From Longimicrobiales bacterium (GTDB taxonomy: Bacteria > Gemmatimonadota > Gemmatimonadetes > Longimicrobiales > Gaopeijiaceae): a DNA stretch of 64,000 nt. The stretch is from positions 800,001-864,000 of the forward strand of contig CAXXKM010000001.1 in assembly GCA_963664435.2 (NCBI GenBank), written 5' to 3'. Below are positions 19,501-27,856 of this stretch, in pieces. Numbering within the stretch: position 1 is the first letter of the stretch; every line of letters begins with the position of its first letter. A program made the translations under genes and the position numbers. Below the pieces are notes generated by a model. The model saw only the letters and a program-made list of their open reading frames with translations. It searched no databases and was not told the origin of the DNA.

Positions 19501-21300
19501 ATGCAACCCACGGACGTCAGCAACCCCGACTACTACCACAAGGTGGTAGACTGCCAGTGGGGCTGTCCGGCCCACACCAACGTTCCCGAGTACATCCGGC
19601 TGATCGCCAACGGTCGCTACACGGATTCGTACTGGCTGAACCGGTCGTCGAACGTCTTCCCGGGCATCCTGGGCCGCACCTGCGACCGTCCCTGCGAGCC
19701 CGCCTGCCGGCGCACCCGCATCGACGGCAAGCCGGTCGCCATCTGCCGCCTGAAGCGCGTGGCCGCCGACCTGCGCGATCCGACCGACGACCGCCTGCCC
19801 GAGATCCCCGCGGTCAAGAACGGCAAGCGCATCGCCCTGGTCGGGGCCGGCCCGGCGTCGCTCACCGTGTGCAACGACCTCATGCCGCTCGGCTACGAGT
19901 GCGTCATCTTCGAGGCGCTCGACCGTCCCGGCGGGCTCATGCGCACCAACATCCCCGCCTTCCGGCTCCCGTGGCAGGTGCTGGACGAAGAGATCGACAT
20001 GATCCTCGACATGGGCGTGAAGGTCCACTACAGCACGCGCATCGAGTCGATGAAGGCGCTGCTCGAGGAGGGCTACGACGCCGTCTTCGTGGGCACCGGG
20101 GCTCCCAAGGGCAAGGAGCTCAACATCCCGGGCCGCCAGGAAGCCGCCGACAACATCCACATCGGCATCGAGTGGCTGGAGTCGGTGCACTTCGGGCACG
20201 TGGACTCCATCGGCGAGCGCGTGCTGGTCATCGGGGTGGGCAACACGGCGATGGACTGCTGCCGCTCCTCGAAGCGCCTGGGCGGCGTCGACATCAAGGT
20301 GATGGCGCGCAAGTCGCGGCCGTACTTCAAGGCGTCGCCGTGGGAGCTCGAGGACGCCGAGGAGGAGCTGGTCGAGATCGTCGAGAACTACTCCCCGAAG
20401 CGCTTCGTGCTGGAGGACGGCAAGCTCGTCGGGATGGAGTTCGAACTCGTCAGCTGGCACGAGGACGAAGAGAGCGGCCGGCTGAAGGCGACCGTCCACG
20501 GCACCGAGATCCTCCCCTGCGACGACGTCATCCTCGCCATCGGCCAGGACAACGCCTTCCCCTGGATCGAGCGCGACATCGGCATCGAGTTCAACCACTG
20601 GGAGATGCCCGAGGTCGACCGAACGACCTTCATGACCAGCCGCGAAGGGATCTTCGTGGGCGGCGACGCGGCCTGGGGCCCGGAGAACATCATCTGGGCG
20701 GTGGAGCACGGCCACCAGGCGGCCATCTCCATCCACAACTACTGCCAGGGACTGTCCCTGACCGAAGACCGCCCGCCCCAGGACCACAACCTCATCTCCG
20801 CCAAGATGGGGATGCACGAGTGGGCCTACTCCAACGACTACAATCCCTCGGCGCGCCAGAAGATGCAGCACGTCGAGCTGGTGCGCCGCTTCGAGGAGCT
20901 CTCCATCGAAGTGGAGATGGGATTCGACGCCGAACAGACCGCGCGTGAGGTGGAACGCTGCCTCAACTGCGACATCCAGACCCACTTCGAGGCGAAGCTG
21001 TGCATCGAATGCGACGCCTGCATCGACATCTGCCCGGTGCACTGCCTCACGATCACCGTGAACGGCGATGAGCCCGATCTGCGCAGCCGCCTCATGGCCC
21101 CCGCGGAGAACCTCACCCAGGATCTGATGGTATCAGAAGGACTCCCCCAGACCGGACGCGTGATGGTGAAGGACGAGGATCTCTGCGTCCACTGCGGACT
21201 CTGCGCGGAGCGATGCCCCACGGCGGCGTGGGACATGCGCAAGTTCGAACTGTTGATCCCCTACGCGGGGCAGGAAGCGGCATGCCCGAGCCACGTCTAG
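19501..21300 (+). CDS. GltD/SudA-like FAD/NAD(P)-dependent Fe-S oxidoreductase with C-terminal ferredoxin domain
   Basis: CQWGCP, GRTCDRPCEPAC, GAGPA, GVGNTAMDC, CIECDACIDICP, CVHCGLCAERCP. Confidence 0.9.
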   Translation: MQPTDVSNPDYYHKVVDCQWGCPAHTNVPEYIRLIANGRYTDSYWLNRSSNVFPGILGRTCDRPCEPACRRTRIDGKPVAICRLKRVAADLRDPTDDRLPEIPAVKNGKRIALVGAGPASLTVCNDLMPLGYECVIFEALDRPGGLMRTNIPAFRLPWQVLDEEIDMILDMGVKVHYSTRIESMKALLEEGYDAVFVGTGAPKGKELNIPGRQEAADNIHIGIEWLESVHFGHVDSIGERVLVIGVGNTAMDCCRSSKRLGGVDIKVMARKSRPYFKASPWELEDAEEELVEIVENYSPKRFVLEDGKLVGMEFELVSWHEDEESGRLKATVHGTEILPCDDVILAIGQDNAFPWIERDIGIEFNHWEMPEVDRTTFMTSREGIFVGGDAAWGPENIIWAVEHGHQAAISIHNYCQGLSLTEDRPPQDHNLISAKMGMHEWAYSNDYNPSARQKMQHVELVRRFEELSIEVEMGFDAEQTAREVERCLNCDIQTHFEAKLCIECDACIDICPVHCLTITVNGDEPDLRSRLMAPAENLTQDLMVSEGLPQTGRVMVKDEDLCVHCGLCAERCPTAAWDMRKFELLIPYAGQEAACPSHV

Positions 21301-21302
21301 AT

Positions 21303-23153
21303 ATGGCTGACCGGACCAACGACTTCGCGTTCAAGATCGGGACCGTCAACGGGACGGGGTCGGCGAGCGCGAACGGCCTCATCATGCAGGCGATCTTCCG
21401 CATGGGAATCCCCTGTACCGGCAAGAACGTCTTCCCCTCCAACATCCAGGGGCTCCCGACCTGGTACGAAGTCCGCGTGAGCGGCGACGGCTACTCGGCG
21501 CGCACCCCCGAATTCGACCTCATCGTGGCCATGAACCCGGCCACCTACGAGCGCGACATCGCCGACGTGCGTCCGGGCGGATACCTGCTGCACGACTCCT
21601 CCTGGCCCATGGCGAAGGAGTTCCTGCGCGACGACATCAACTTCCTGGGGGTCCCTCTGGGAGAGATGTGCGTGCGGGAGTTCAAGGGCGCGCGCGTGCG
21701 CATCCTGATGAAGAACATCGCCTACGCCGGGGCGCTGGCCGCGCTGCTGTCGATGGACCTGGACGTGATCCGCAGGATGATCCGCGAGAAGTTCGCGGCG
21801 AAGCCCAAGCTCATCGGCTCCAACTACAAGGCGATCGAGCTCGGCTACGACTACGCGATGGAGCACTTCGACTGCCCGCTGCCCATCCGGCTCGAGACGA
21901 TGGACGCGACCTCGGACCATGTGCTCATGGACGGCAACACCGCGGCCGCGCTCGGCTGCGTATTCGCCGGGGCGACGGTGGGCGCGTGGTACCCGATCAC
22001 GCCTTCGACCTCGCTCATGGACGGCTTCCAGCGCTTCTGCGAGCGCTTCCGCAAGGATCCTGAGACCGGCGAGCGCAACTTCTTCATCGCCCAGGCCGAG
22101 GACGAACTGGCGGCGGCCGGCGTGGTGGTGGGCGCGGGATGGGCGGGCGCGCGCGCCTTCACCCCGACCAGCGGCCCGGGCATCTCGCTGATGAGCGAGT
22201 TCATCGGGCTGGCCTACTACGCGGAGGTGCCGTCGGTCTTCGTGGACGTGCAGCGGGTAGGGCCGTCGACGGGCATGCCGACCCGGACGCAGCAGGGCGA
22301 CATCGCGGCGGTGGCGTACGCCTCGCACGGCGACACCAAGCACATCGCGCTCTTCCCGGCCAACCCGGAGGAGTCGTTCCACATGGCGGTGGAGGCCTTC
22401 GACCTCGCCGAGCGCTTCCAGACCCCGGTGTTCCTGGTGCAGGACCTGGACATCGGCATGAACGACTGGATGATCCCGAAGCTCACCTGGGACGACAACT
22501 TCGCGCCCGACCGCGGCAAGGTGCTCGGGGCCGACGAACTCGAGCGGATCAAGAAGTTCTACCGCTACATGGATGTGGACGGCGACGGGATCCCCTACCG
22601 CTCGCTTCCGGGCGTGCATCCCAAGGGTGCGTACTTCACGCGCGGTTCGGGACACACCAGCCGCGGTACCTACACCGAGGATGCCGACGAGTACACCGAA
22701 GTGATGGACCGGCTGCGGAAGAAGATCGACTCGGCGGCGAGCGAAGTGCCCTCCCCGGCGATCGAGATGCGCGAGGGCGCCGGCATGGCGCTGGTCACCA
22801 TCGGTTCTTGCGACGGGGCGGTGCGCGAGGCGGCCGACATCCTGGAGAGCCAGGGCGTGCCCGTGGACTACATGCGCGTGCGCGGCTTCCCCTTCGACCC
22901 GCTCGTGCGTGAATTCCTGGACGCGCACGAGCTCAACTTCGTGGTGGAGCAGAACCGGGACGCGCAGCTGAAGAGGTTGCTGGTGACCGAGACCGAGGTC
23001 GACCCGGCCCGCATCCATTCGGTTCTGGACTACGGGGGTTTCCCGTTGAGCGCGGCCTTCGTAGCGGGCGAGGTGAACGAGCGCCTGGGCCTCACGCCCG
23101 ATGACAGGAAGTTGCGGCCGGCGGCGGAGCGGCCGGAAGGAGCGGTGGCATGA
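21303..23153 (+). CDS. korA: 2-oxoacid:ferredoxin oxidoreductase alpha subunit (gamma-alpha fusion)
   Basis: FPSNIQG, WYPITPST, QAEDELAA, TSGPGISLM, QRVGPSTGMPT; substrate specificity not determined. Confidence 0.9.
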   Translation: MADRTNDFAFKIGTVNGTGSASANGLIMQAIFRMGIPCTGKNVFPSNIQGLPTWYEVRVSGDGYSARTPEFDLIVAMNPATYERDIADVRPGGYLLHDSSWPMAKEFLRDDINFLGVPLGEMCVREFKGARVRILMKNIAYAGALAALLSMDLDVIRRMIREKFAAKPKLIGSNYKAIELGYDYAMEHFDCPLPIRLETMDATSDHVLMDGNTAAALGCVFAGATVGAWYPITPSTSLMDGFQRFCERFRKDPETGERNFFIAQAEDELAAAGVVVGAGWAGARAFTPTSGPGISLMSEFIGLAYYAEVPSVFVDVQRVGPSTGMPTRTQQGDIAAVAYASHGDTKHIALFPANPEESFHMAVEAFDLAERFQTPVFLVQDLDIGMNDWMIPKLTWDDNFAPDRGKVLGADELERIKKFYRYMDVDGDGIPYRSLPGVHPKGAYFTRGSGHTSRGTYTEDADEYTEVMDRLRKKIDSAASEVPSPAIEMREGAGMALVTIGSCDGAVREAADILESQGVPVDYMRVRGFPFDPLVREFLDAHELNFVVEQNRDAQLKRLLVTETEVDPARIHSVLDYGGFPLSAAFVAGEVNERLGLTPDDRKLRPAAERPEGAVA

Positions 23154-24205
23154 CCTACATCCCCAAGCCCGCAGTCAGGCATCCCGGCCTCGGCGCCAAC
23201 GAGCTCGGCCTGCACATGCGCGACTACGAAGGCACAATCTCGACCCTGTGCGCGGGGTGCGGCCACGACTCGGTCACGGCCGCGGTCATCCAGGCCTTCT
23301 ACGAGCTGTCCATCCCGCCGCACCGCATCGCCAAGATGAGCGGCATCGGCTGCTCGGCGAAGACGCCCGCGTACTTCGTGGAGCAGGCGCACGGCTTCAA
23401 CGGGGTGCATGGGCGCATGCCCGCCCTCGCCACCGGAGCCAACGCCGCCAACCGGGACCTGTACTACATCGGAATCTCCGGCGACGGCGACTCGCTCTCC
23501 ATCGGCCTGGGCCAGTTCTGCCACGCGATCCGCCGCAACGTCAACATGCTGTACGTGCTGGAGAACAACGGAGTCTACGGGCTCACCAAGGGCCAGTTCT
23601 CCGCCTCGGCCGACATAGGCTCGCGCTCCAAGCGCGGCGTGCCCAACAAGAGCGAGCCCATCGACCCGGTGGCGCTGGCGCTGACCCTGGGCGCCACCTT
23701 CGTCGCCCGAGGCTTCTCCGGTGACAAGCAGCAGCTCATCCCGCTGCTCAAGGCGGGGCTGATGCACAAGGGCTTCGCCTTCATCGACGTGATCTCCCCG
23801 TGCGTCACCTTCAACGACCACGTCGGGTCCACGAAGAGCTACCTCTACACGCGCCACCACGGACACGAGCTCGTGCCCGTGGACTTCGTGCCCATCCGCT
23901 CGGAGATCTCCGCGCCGTCCGACAACGGTGGCCGCACCTCCATCACCATGCACGACGGCAGCATGGTGCGCTTCCGCAAGGTGCCCGAGGACTACGATCC
24001 CACCGACCGCCTGTCCGCCTACGAGCACTACCGCTCCCTGCAGAACCGTGGCGAGGTGGTGACCGGGCTCCTCTACCTGGACCCTTCAGGCGAGGACATG
24101 CACGACGACAACGCAACCACCTCGACGCCGCTGTCAGAAATGTCCCACGAGGACCTCTGCCCGGGCAGCGAGCAGATGGACGCGCTGATGGAGGAGTTCA
24201 GGTAG
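23150..24205 (+). CDS. korB: 2-oxoacid:ferredoxin oxidoreductase beta subunit
   Basis: CAGCG, SGIGCS, HGR, TPP motif GDGD..NNGVYGLTKGQ; ATGA overlap with the alpha gene. Confidence 0.9.
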   Translation: MTYIPKPAVRHPGLGANELGLHMRDYEGTISTLCAGCGHDSVTAAVIQAFYELSIPPHRIAKMSGIGCSAKTPAYFVEQAHGFNGVHGRMPALATGANAANRDLYYIGISGDGDSLSIGLGQFCHAIRRNVNMLYVLENNGVYGLTKGQFSASADIGSRSKRGVPNKSEPIDPVALALTLGATFVARGFSGDKQQLIPLLKAGLMHKGFAFIDVISPCVTFNDHVGSTKSYLYTRHHGHELVPVDFVPIRSEISAPSDNGGRTSITMHDGSMVRFRKVPEDYDPTDRLSAYEHYRSLQNRGEVVTGLLYLDPSGEDMHDDNATTSTPLSEMSHEDLCPGSEQMDALMEEFR

Positions 24206-24220
24206 AGGGAAGGTACTGGC

Positions 24221-25036
24221 TTATTCCTCTCCCGCGTCTTCCATCCGCGCCGGTTTGCGAGTGATGGACTGCTTGAGTGCGTCCAGATTCGCGTTGACGA
24301 CTGCCTTCACCAACTCGAAGTCCGCCTCACTCAATGGGATCGGGATTCTCAGGACAGCCTGACCCCCGCTCATGAGCGGGATATTCAGGTCCCAATCCTT
24401 CGTTGTCGCCGCATCCGTTGACGGCATGGGCCGGTCAGCGGTCCTCGGGCTGCTCTCGGGTTCTTCTGCAGCGGGATCGGGTTCCGGTTCGCCGGGGTCT
24501 GATGCGTCGCTGCCACCCGAAGGCGCATCGCGAACGCCATCATCAAGCAGGTTGGCGAACTCCAGGGTATCCCGGAAGGTAGCGCTGAAGCCGTCGATCG
24601 CCTTCCGATTAAACCCACGATTCGCCAATTCCCATCGAATCGTGCTGTCAGAAGGCAGCCGCCGATTCCCTTCCCACTTGTCCCAAAGCTGCGCGTGGAT
24701 CGATGGAGCCAGCGCCGCTTCCTGACATGCCTTGACCCACTCTGGGTCATCACGGTCCTTTAGCACCAGCACCTTGCCGATGTCCGAGAGCCACACCACC
24801 CGCTGTTGGCCGCTCCCCTTCTCCTCCAAGAGGCCGTAGTGTCTCAGTGCCGCGAGTATTCGTTGTCCTAGACCGCTCCTGCGGGTGTAACCCCAGTGGT
24901 CCAAGACGGTTGCGACTGGGACTTGGTTAAGATCCTCTTTGTTGTAGAGGATCTCAGTACGCCGGATCGCTTCCTCCAGCGTAATCGCCGGGTGTTCCGG
25001 GCTCCGGGTTCTCGTCGTCTTCGTCGTGTCAGGCAT
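24221..25036 (-). CDS. Hypothetical protein, probable winged-helix DNA-binding protein (DUF5343-like), in a lower-GC islet
   Basis: RSPEHPAITLEEAI, ILAALRHYGLLE..VWLSDIG wHTH-like pattern; AAGGAG upstream; codon usage differs from flanks. Confidence 0.55.
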   Translation of the reverse strand: MPDTTKTTRTRSPEHPAITLEEAIRRTEILYNKEDLNQVPVATVLDHWGYTRRSGLGQRILAALRHYGLLEEKGSGQQRVVWLSDIGKVLVLKDRDDPEWVKACQEAALAPSIHAQLWDKWEGNRRLPSDSTIRWELANRGFNRKAIDGFSATFRDTLEFANLLDDGVRDAPSGGSDASDPGEPEPDPAAEEPESSPRTADRPMPSTDAATTKDWDLNIPLMSGGQAVLRIPIPLSEADFELVKAVVNANLDALKQSITRKPARMEDAGEE

Positions 25037-25076
25037 CTCATGTCCCCATTTGCGTTAAGGAGTCGCGCATAGATGA

Positions 25077-25105
25077 AACATGGGATACCTCGGCGTGTAT
25101 GTCAA
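25077..25105 (-). promoter_or_regulatory. Putative sigma70 promoter for 24221..25036
   Basis: TTGACA (25105-25100), 17 bp, CATGTT (25082-25077); back-to-back with the + strand promoter. Confidence 0.45.
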
Positions 25106-25125
25106 GATAGTCTAGCTTGCCGTTC

Positions 25126-25154
25126 TTGACACGGTATCACAGTTTTGCTAAGAT
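25126..25154 (+). promoter_or_regulatory. Near-consensus sigma70 promoter (P1) facing higA antisense and higB sense
   Basis: TTGACA 25126-25131, 17 bp spacer, TGc-extended TAAGAT 25149-25154. Confidence 0.7.
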
Positions 25155-25261
25155 AGTAGTGATCGCAGGCCGATCCGAGACACGTCAGGAGAACATCGAG
25201 ACAGGTGAATCTGCTCCCAACCCTCTTAAGCTGAAAACGAAGGAACTGCGATGTCCTCACC

Positions 25262-25606
25262 TCAAGAACCCAAAGCGTGCGCTGGGTGTGCCTCGGCCTC
25301 TGGATTGGCTAGTGTCTCTATCCGGTCGACTGCGCCAGTAGTCGTCGCTTCGCGCATCTGGTGCCAGAGATCCCAGGCGAGCTGGGCTGTTAGCCAGAAG
25401 CCTGCGGACACGGCGAACATCTTCTCAAGGCGAAGCGCCGTGTCCGGAGTTACGCCTCGGCGCCCGTTGATGATCGCGTTCAAACGCTGGAAGGACATAC
25501 CAAGCGCCTGGGCAGCCTTGGTCTGCGTGAGGCCGTGCTTGCGTAGGACCCTCGCTAGATGCACGCCGGGATGCGTTGGGGGGCGGTATTTCGGCAACCG
25601 AATCAT
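25262..25606 (-). CDS. higA: HigA family antitoxin (XRE HTH)
   Basis: RPPTHPG..L, LTQTKAAQALGMSFQRLNAIINGRRGVTPDTALRL..FWLTAQLAWDLW; RBS AAAGGAAG. Confidence 0.92.
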   Translation of the reverse strand: MIRLPKYRPPTHPGVHLARVLRKHGLTQTKAAQALGMSFQRLNAIINGRRGVTPDTALRLEKMFAVSAGFWLTAQLAWDLWHQMREATTTGAVDRIETLANPEAEAHPAHALGS

Positions 25607-25633
25607 GGAATCTTCCTTTGGGGAATCGCTACC

Positions 25634-25924
25634 GTGATCGCGTCATTCGCCAACAAGGGGACAGAGAATGTCTTCGACGGAGAGAACACAAAAGCTGCGC
25701 GAAAGGTTTGCCCCACGGATCTCTTCCCCGCCGCCAAGGAGGCGCTGGACGCACTGAACTCCGCGATGAGCCTCCAAGATCTCAAGGGCCTTGGGTACGG
25801 ACTTCATAAACTGCACCGTGAGCGATCGGGGCAGCTGGCCATCAAGATCAACAAGCAATATCGAGTCTGCTTCGTTTGGGCTTCCGATGGTCCGACGGCA
25901 GTGGAGATCACTGACTACCACTAG
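25634..25924 (+). CDS. higB: HigB (RelE/ParE superfamily) toxin, oriented opposite to higA
   Basis: MIASFANKGTENVFDG..LHKL..RSGQLAIKINKQYRVCFVW..VEITDYH; GTG start with GGGGA upstream. Confidence 0.9.
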   Translation: MIASFANKGTENVFDGENTKAARKVCPTDLFPAAKEALDALNSAMSLQDLKGLGYGLHKLHRERSGQLAIKINKQYRVCFVWASDGPTAVEITDYH

Positions 25925-25931
25925 GATCCGG

Positions 25932-25976
25932 GTTCTCTTGAGAACGTAGTATAACGTAGCCCGTGCTATGTGTCAA
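25932..25976 (-). promoter_or_regulatory. Near-consensus sigma70 promoter (P2) with palindromic operator-like sites, facing higB antisense and higA sense
   Basis: TTGACA (25976-25971), 17 bp, TATACT (25953-25948); palindromes TAGC-CCGT-GCTA (25957-25968) and GTTCTC-TT-GAGAAC (25932-25945). Confidence 0.75.
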
Positions 25977-25989
25977 AACGGGCTTGCCG

Positions 25990-27492
25990 TCATTCCGCCG
26001 TTGCTTTTCCGTCCCCGTACACGAAGCGCTCCACCTCGCCGTGCACGCGCTCGACCGTGTCGGCCGAGGGTCCTGCGGTGACGCGCGATACGGCGAGGGC
26101 CACCGCGAAGTTCGCCGCGAGCCCCCAGAGCCCGCCGTGGACGCCCATCGGGTTCGGATTGAGCAGGAGGGACCACCACAGGGTGGCCACGCCGGCGGCC
26201 AGTCCGGCCAGCACGCCGGCCTTGCTGAGCGAGCGGCCGCCCGGGAAGCACACCCCGATGATGGCGGGCAGCAGCTGCAGGGCGCCCGAGCCCGACAGGT
26301 TGATGATGCTCACCAGCAGGGCGCTCTCCTGCAGCGCCAGCCAATAGGCCAACCCCAGCAGCGCCAGCACGATGCCCTGGCCGACGCGCACGTAGTGCCT
26401 CTGGCTCGCGTCGCGAACGAGGTAGCGCTGGTATACGTCGCGCGTGAGCACCGTCATGTTGGCGTGCAGGATGGAGTCGAGGGTGGACATGGCGGCGGCC
26501 GCGGCGCCGGCCAGGATCAGGCCGGTGAGCCATGGGGGCGCGAAGGAGAAGAGCAGCTCAGGGAAGATGCGGTCCGCCTGGGCGAGGTCGGGCAGGACCA
26601 GCGCGCCTCCGAGACCGACCAGCGCGGCCGGGATATACAGCGTCATCAGGTAGATGGGCGTAGTAGCCCCCAGCAGCTTGAGCGTCCTGCCGTCCACCGC
26701 CGTGTAGTAGCGGATCATCATGTGGGGCTGCAGGACGATGCCGAAGGACAGCGTGATGACCATCCCCACCCAGATTCCGGGCGTGAAGAGGCCTTCGGGG
26801 CCGGGCAGCGTGAGCAGGTCGGGGCGTTCGCTCGCGACCGCTCGCCACAACTCGAGCGGACCCCCGAACAACTCGAAGGAGAGGACGAGCGCGCCCGCCC
26901 ACACCGCCACGTACATCCAGACGCCCTGCATGACGTCGGTCCAGTAGACGGCCCGCAGCCCGCCGATCGCCAGGTGCACCGCCGCCACGGCCAACATCAC
27001 GAACACGCCCACTTCGAACGAAATGCGCCCGTCGGAGGCAACTTCCACGATGTAGCCCAGCGCGAGGGCCTGCACCTGGATGTAGAGGATGGTGAAGAGT
27101 ACCGAGAACAACGCGATCGCCACCCGCACCGCCTCGGATTCGTAGAAGTCGGCCAGCATGTCCGCCGGGGTGATGTAGCCGAACGTCTTGCCCAGCGCCC
27201 AGATGCGGGTGCCGACGACATAGGTGATGGCCCCGACCAGCACCGTCCACGCCCCGGCGGCCCAGAACCCGATGCCGTGGGTGTAGAAGAACCCGCCCGA
27301 CCCCAGGAAGGCGAAGGCCGAGTGGAAGGTGGCCACCACCGTGAGGTAGAGGACAACGAAGCCGGTGCCCCGCCCGCACAGCAGGAAGTCCTCCAAGTTC
27401 ACCGACATGTGCCGGTTGGCCACCACCGCCACCCCGAGCGTCACCAGCAGATAGATGAAGATCAGGCTGGTGGCGACGACCCAGGTTTCCAT
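25990..27492 (-). CDS. Sodium:solute symporter (SSS) family protein
   Basis: ATFHSAFAFLGSGG, GGLRAVYWTDVMQG, AAAMSTLDS. Confidence 0.9.
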   Translation of the reverse strand: METWVVATSLIFIYLLVTLGVAVVANRHMSVNLEDFLLCGRGTGFVVLYLTVVATFHSAFAFLGSGGFFYTHGIGFWAAGAWTVLVGAITYVVGTRIWALGKTFGYITPADMLADFYESEAVRVAIALFSVLFTILYIQVQALALGYIVEVASDGRISFEVGVFVMLAVAAVHLAIGGLRAVYWTDVMQGVWMYVAVWAGALVLSFELFGGPLELWRAVASERPDLLTLPGPEGLFTPGIWVGMVITLSFGIVLQPHMMIRYYTAVDGRTLKLLGATTPIYLMTLYIPAALVGLGGALVLPDLAQADRIFPELLFSFAPPWLTGLILAGAAAAAMSTLDSILHANMTVLTRDVYQRYLVRDASQRHYVRVGQGIVLALLGLAYWLALQESALLVSIINLSGSGALQLLPAIIGVCFPGGRSLSKAGVLAGLAAGVATLWWSLLLNPNPMGVHGGLWGLAANFAVALAVSRVTAGPSADTVERVHGEVERFVYGDGKATAE

Positions 27493-27569
27493 CAGCGGGT
27501 GACTCCGGCGCGACCACGCGACCGCGCAGGACGGCTACGGGCTCGGCCCTGATCTGCGGAGCGGGTCAC

Positions 27570-27803
27570 CTATAGCCCCCGCCGATAGGCCCAGATCAGC
27601 ACGCCGATGAGCACCGTGTAGACCACGAAGAGGGCGACGTAGAAGAACGGGAGCCCGAGGAAGGTCGGCTCGATCCGGTTCAGCACCCTGTGCGTCACCG
27701 GCGGCATCGCCAGCATGAAGAGCGCGACGAACGCGACGATGGCGATGCGCCCGTTGCGGGTGCGCGGCCGGAAATGGCTGCGGGGAGTGTCGGGCCTGGA
27801 CAT
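27570..27803 (-). CDS. Small 2-TM partner protein of the SSS transporter (DUF3311-like)
   Basis: NRIEPTFLGLPFFY motif; directly upstream of the SSS gene. Confidence 0.75.
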   Translation of the reverse strand: MSRPDTPRSHFRPRTRNGRIAIVAFVALFMLAMPPVTHRVLNRIEPTFLGLPFFYVALFVVYTVLIGVLIWAYRRGL

Positions 27804-27856
27804 GGCGGGCAAGATGCCCGCGAAGAGGGCGGCGGGCAAGCACGCCCGCCCGCCCC

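Noticed and set aside
25607..25931. Recombinase-type inverted repeats immediately flanking higB alone
   Set aside because: Only weak GGAATC/GGATCC similarity at the junctions; not enough to call a phase-variable higB switch.
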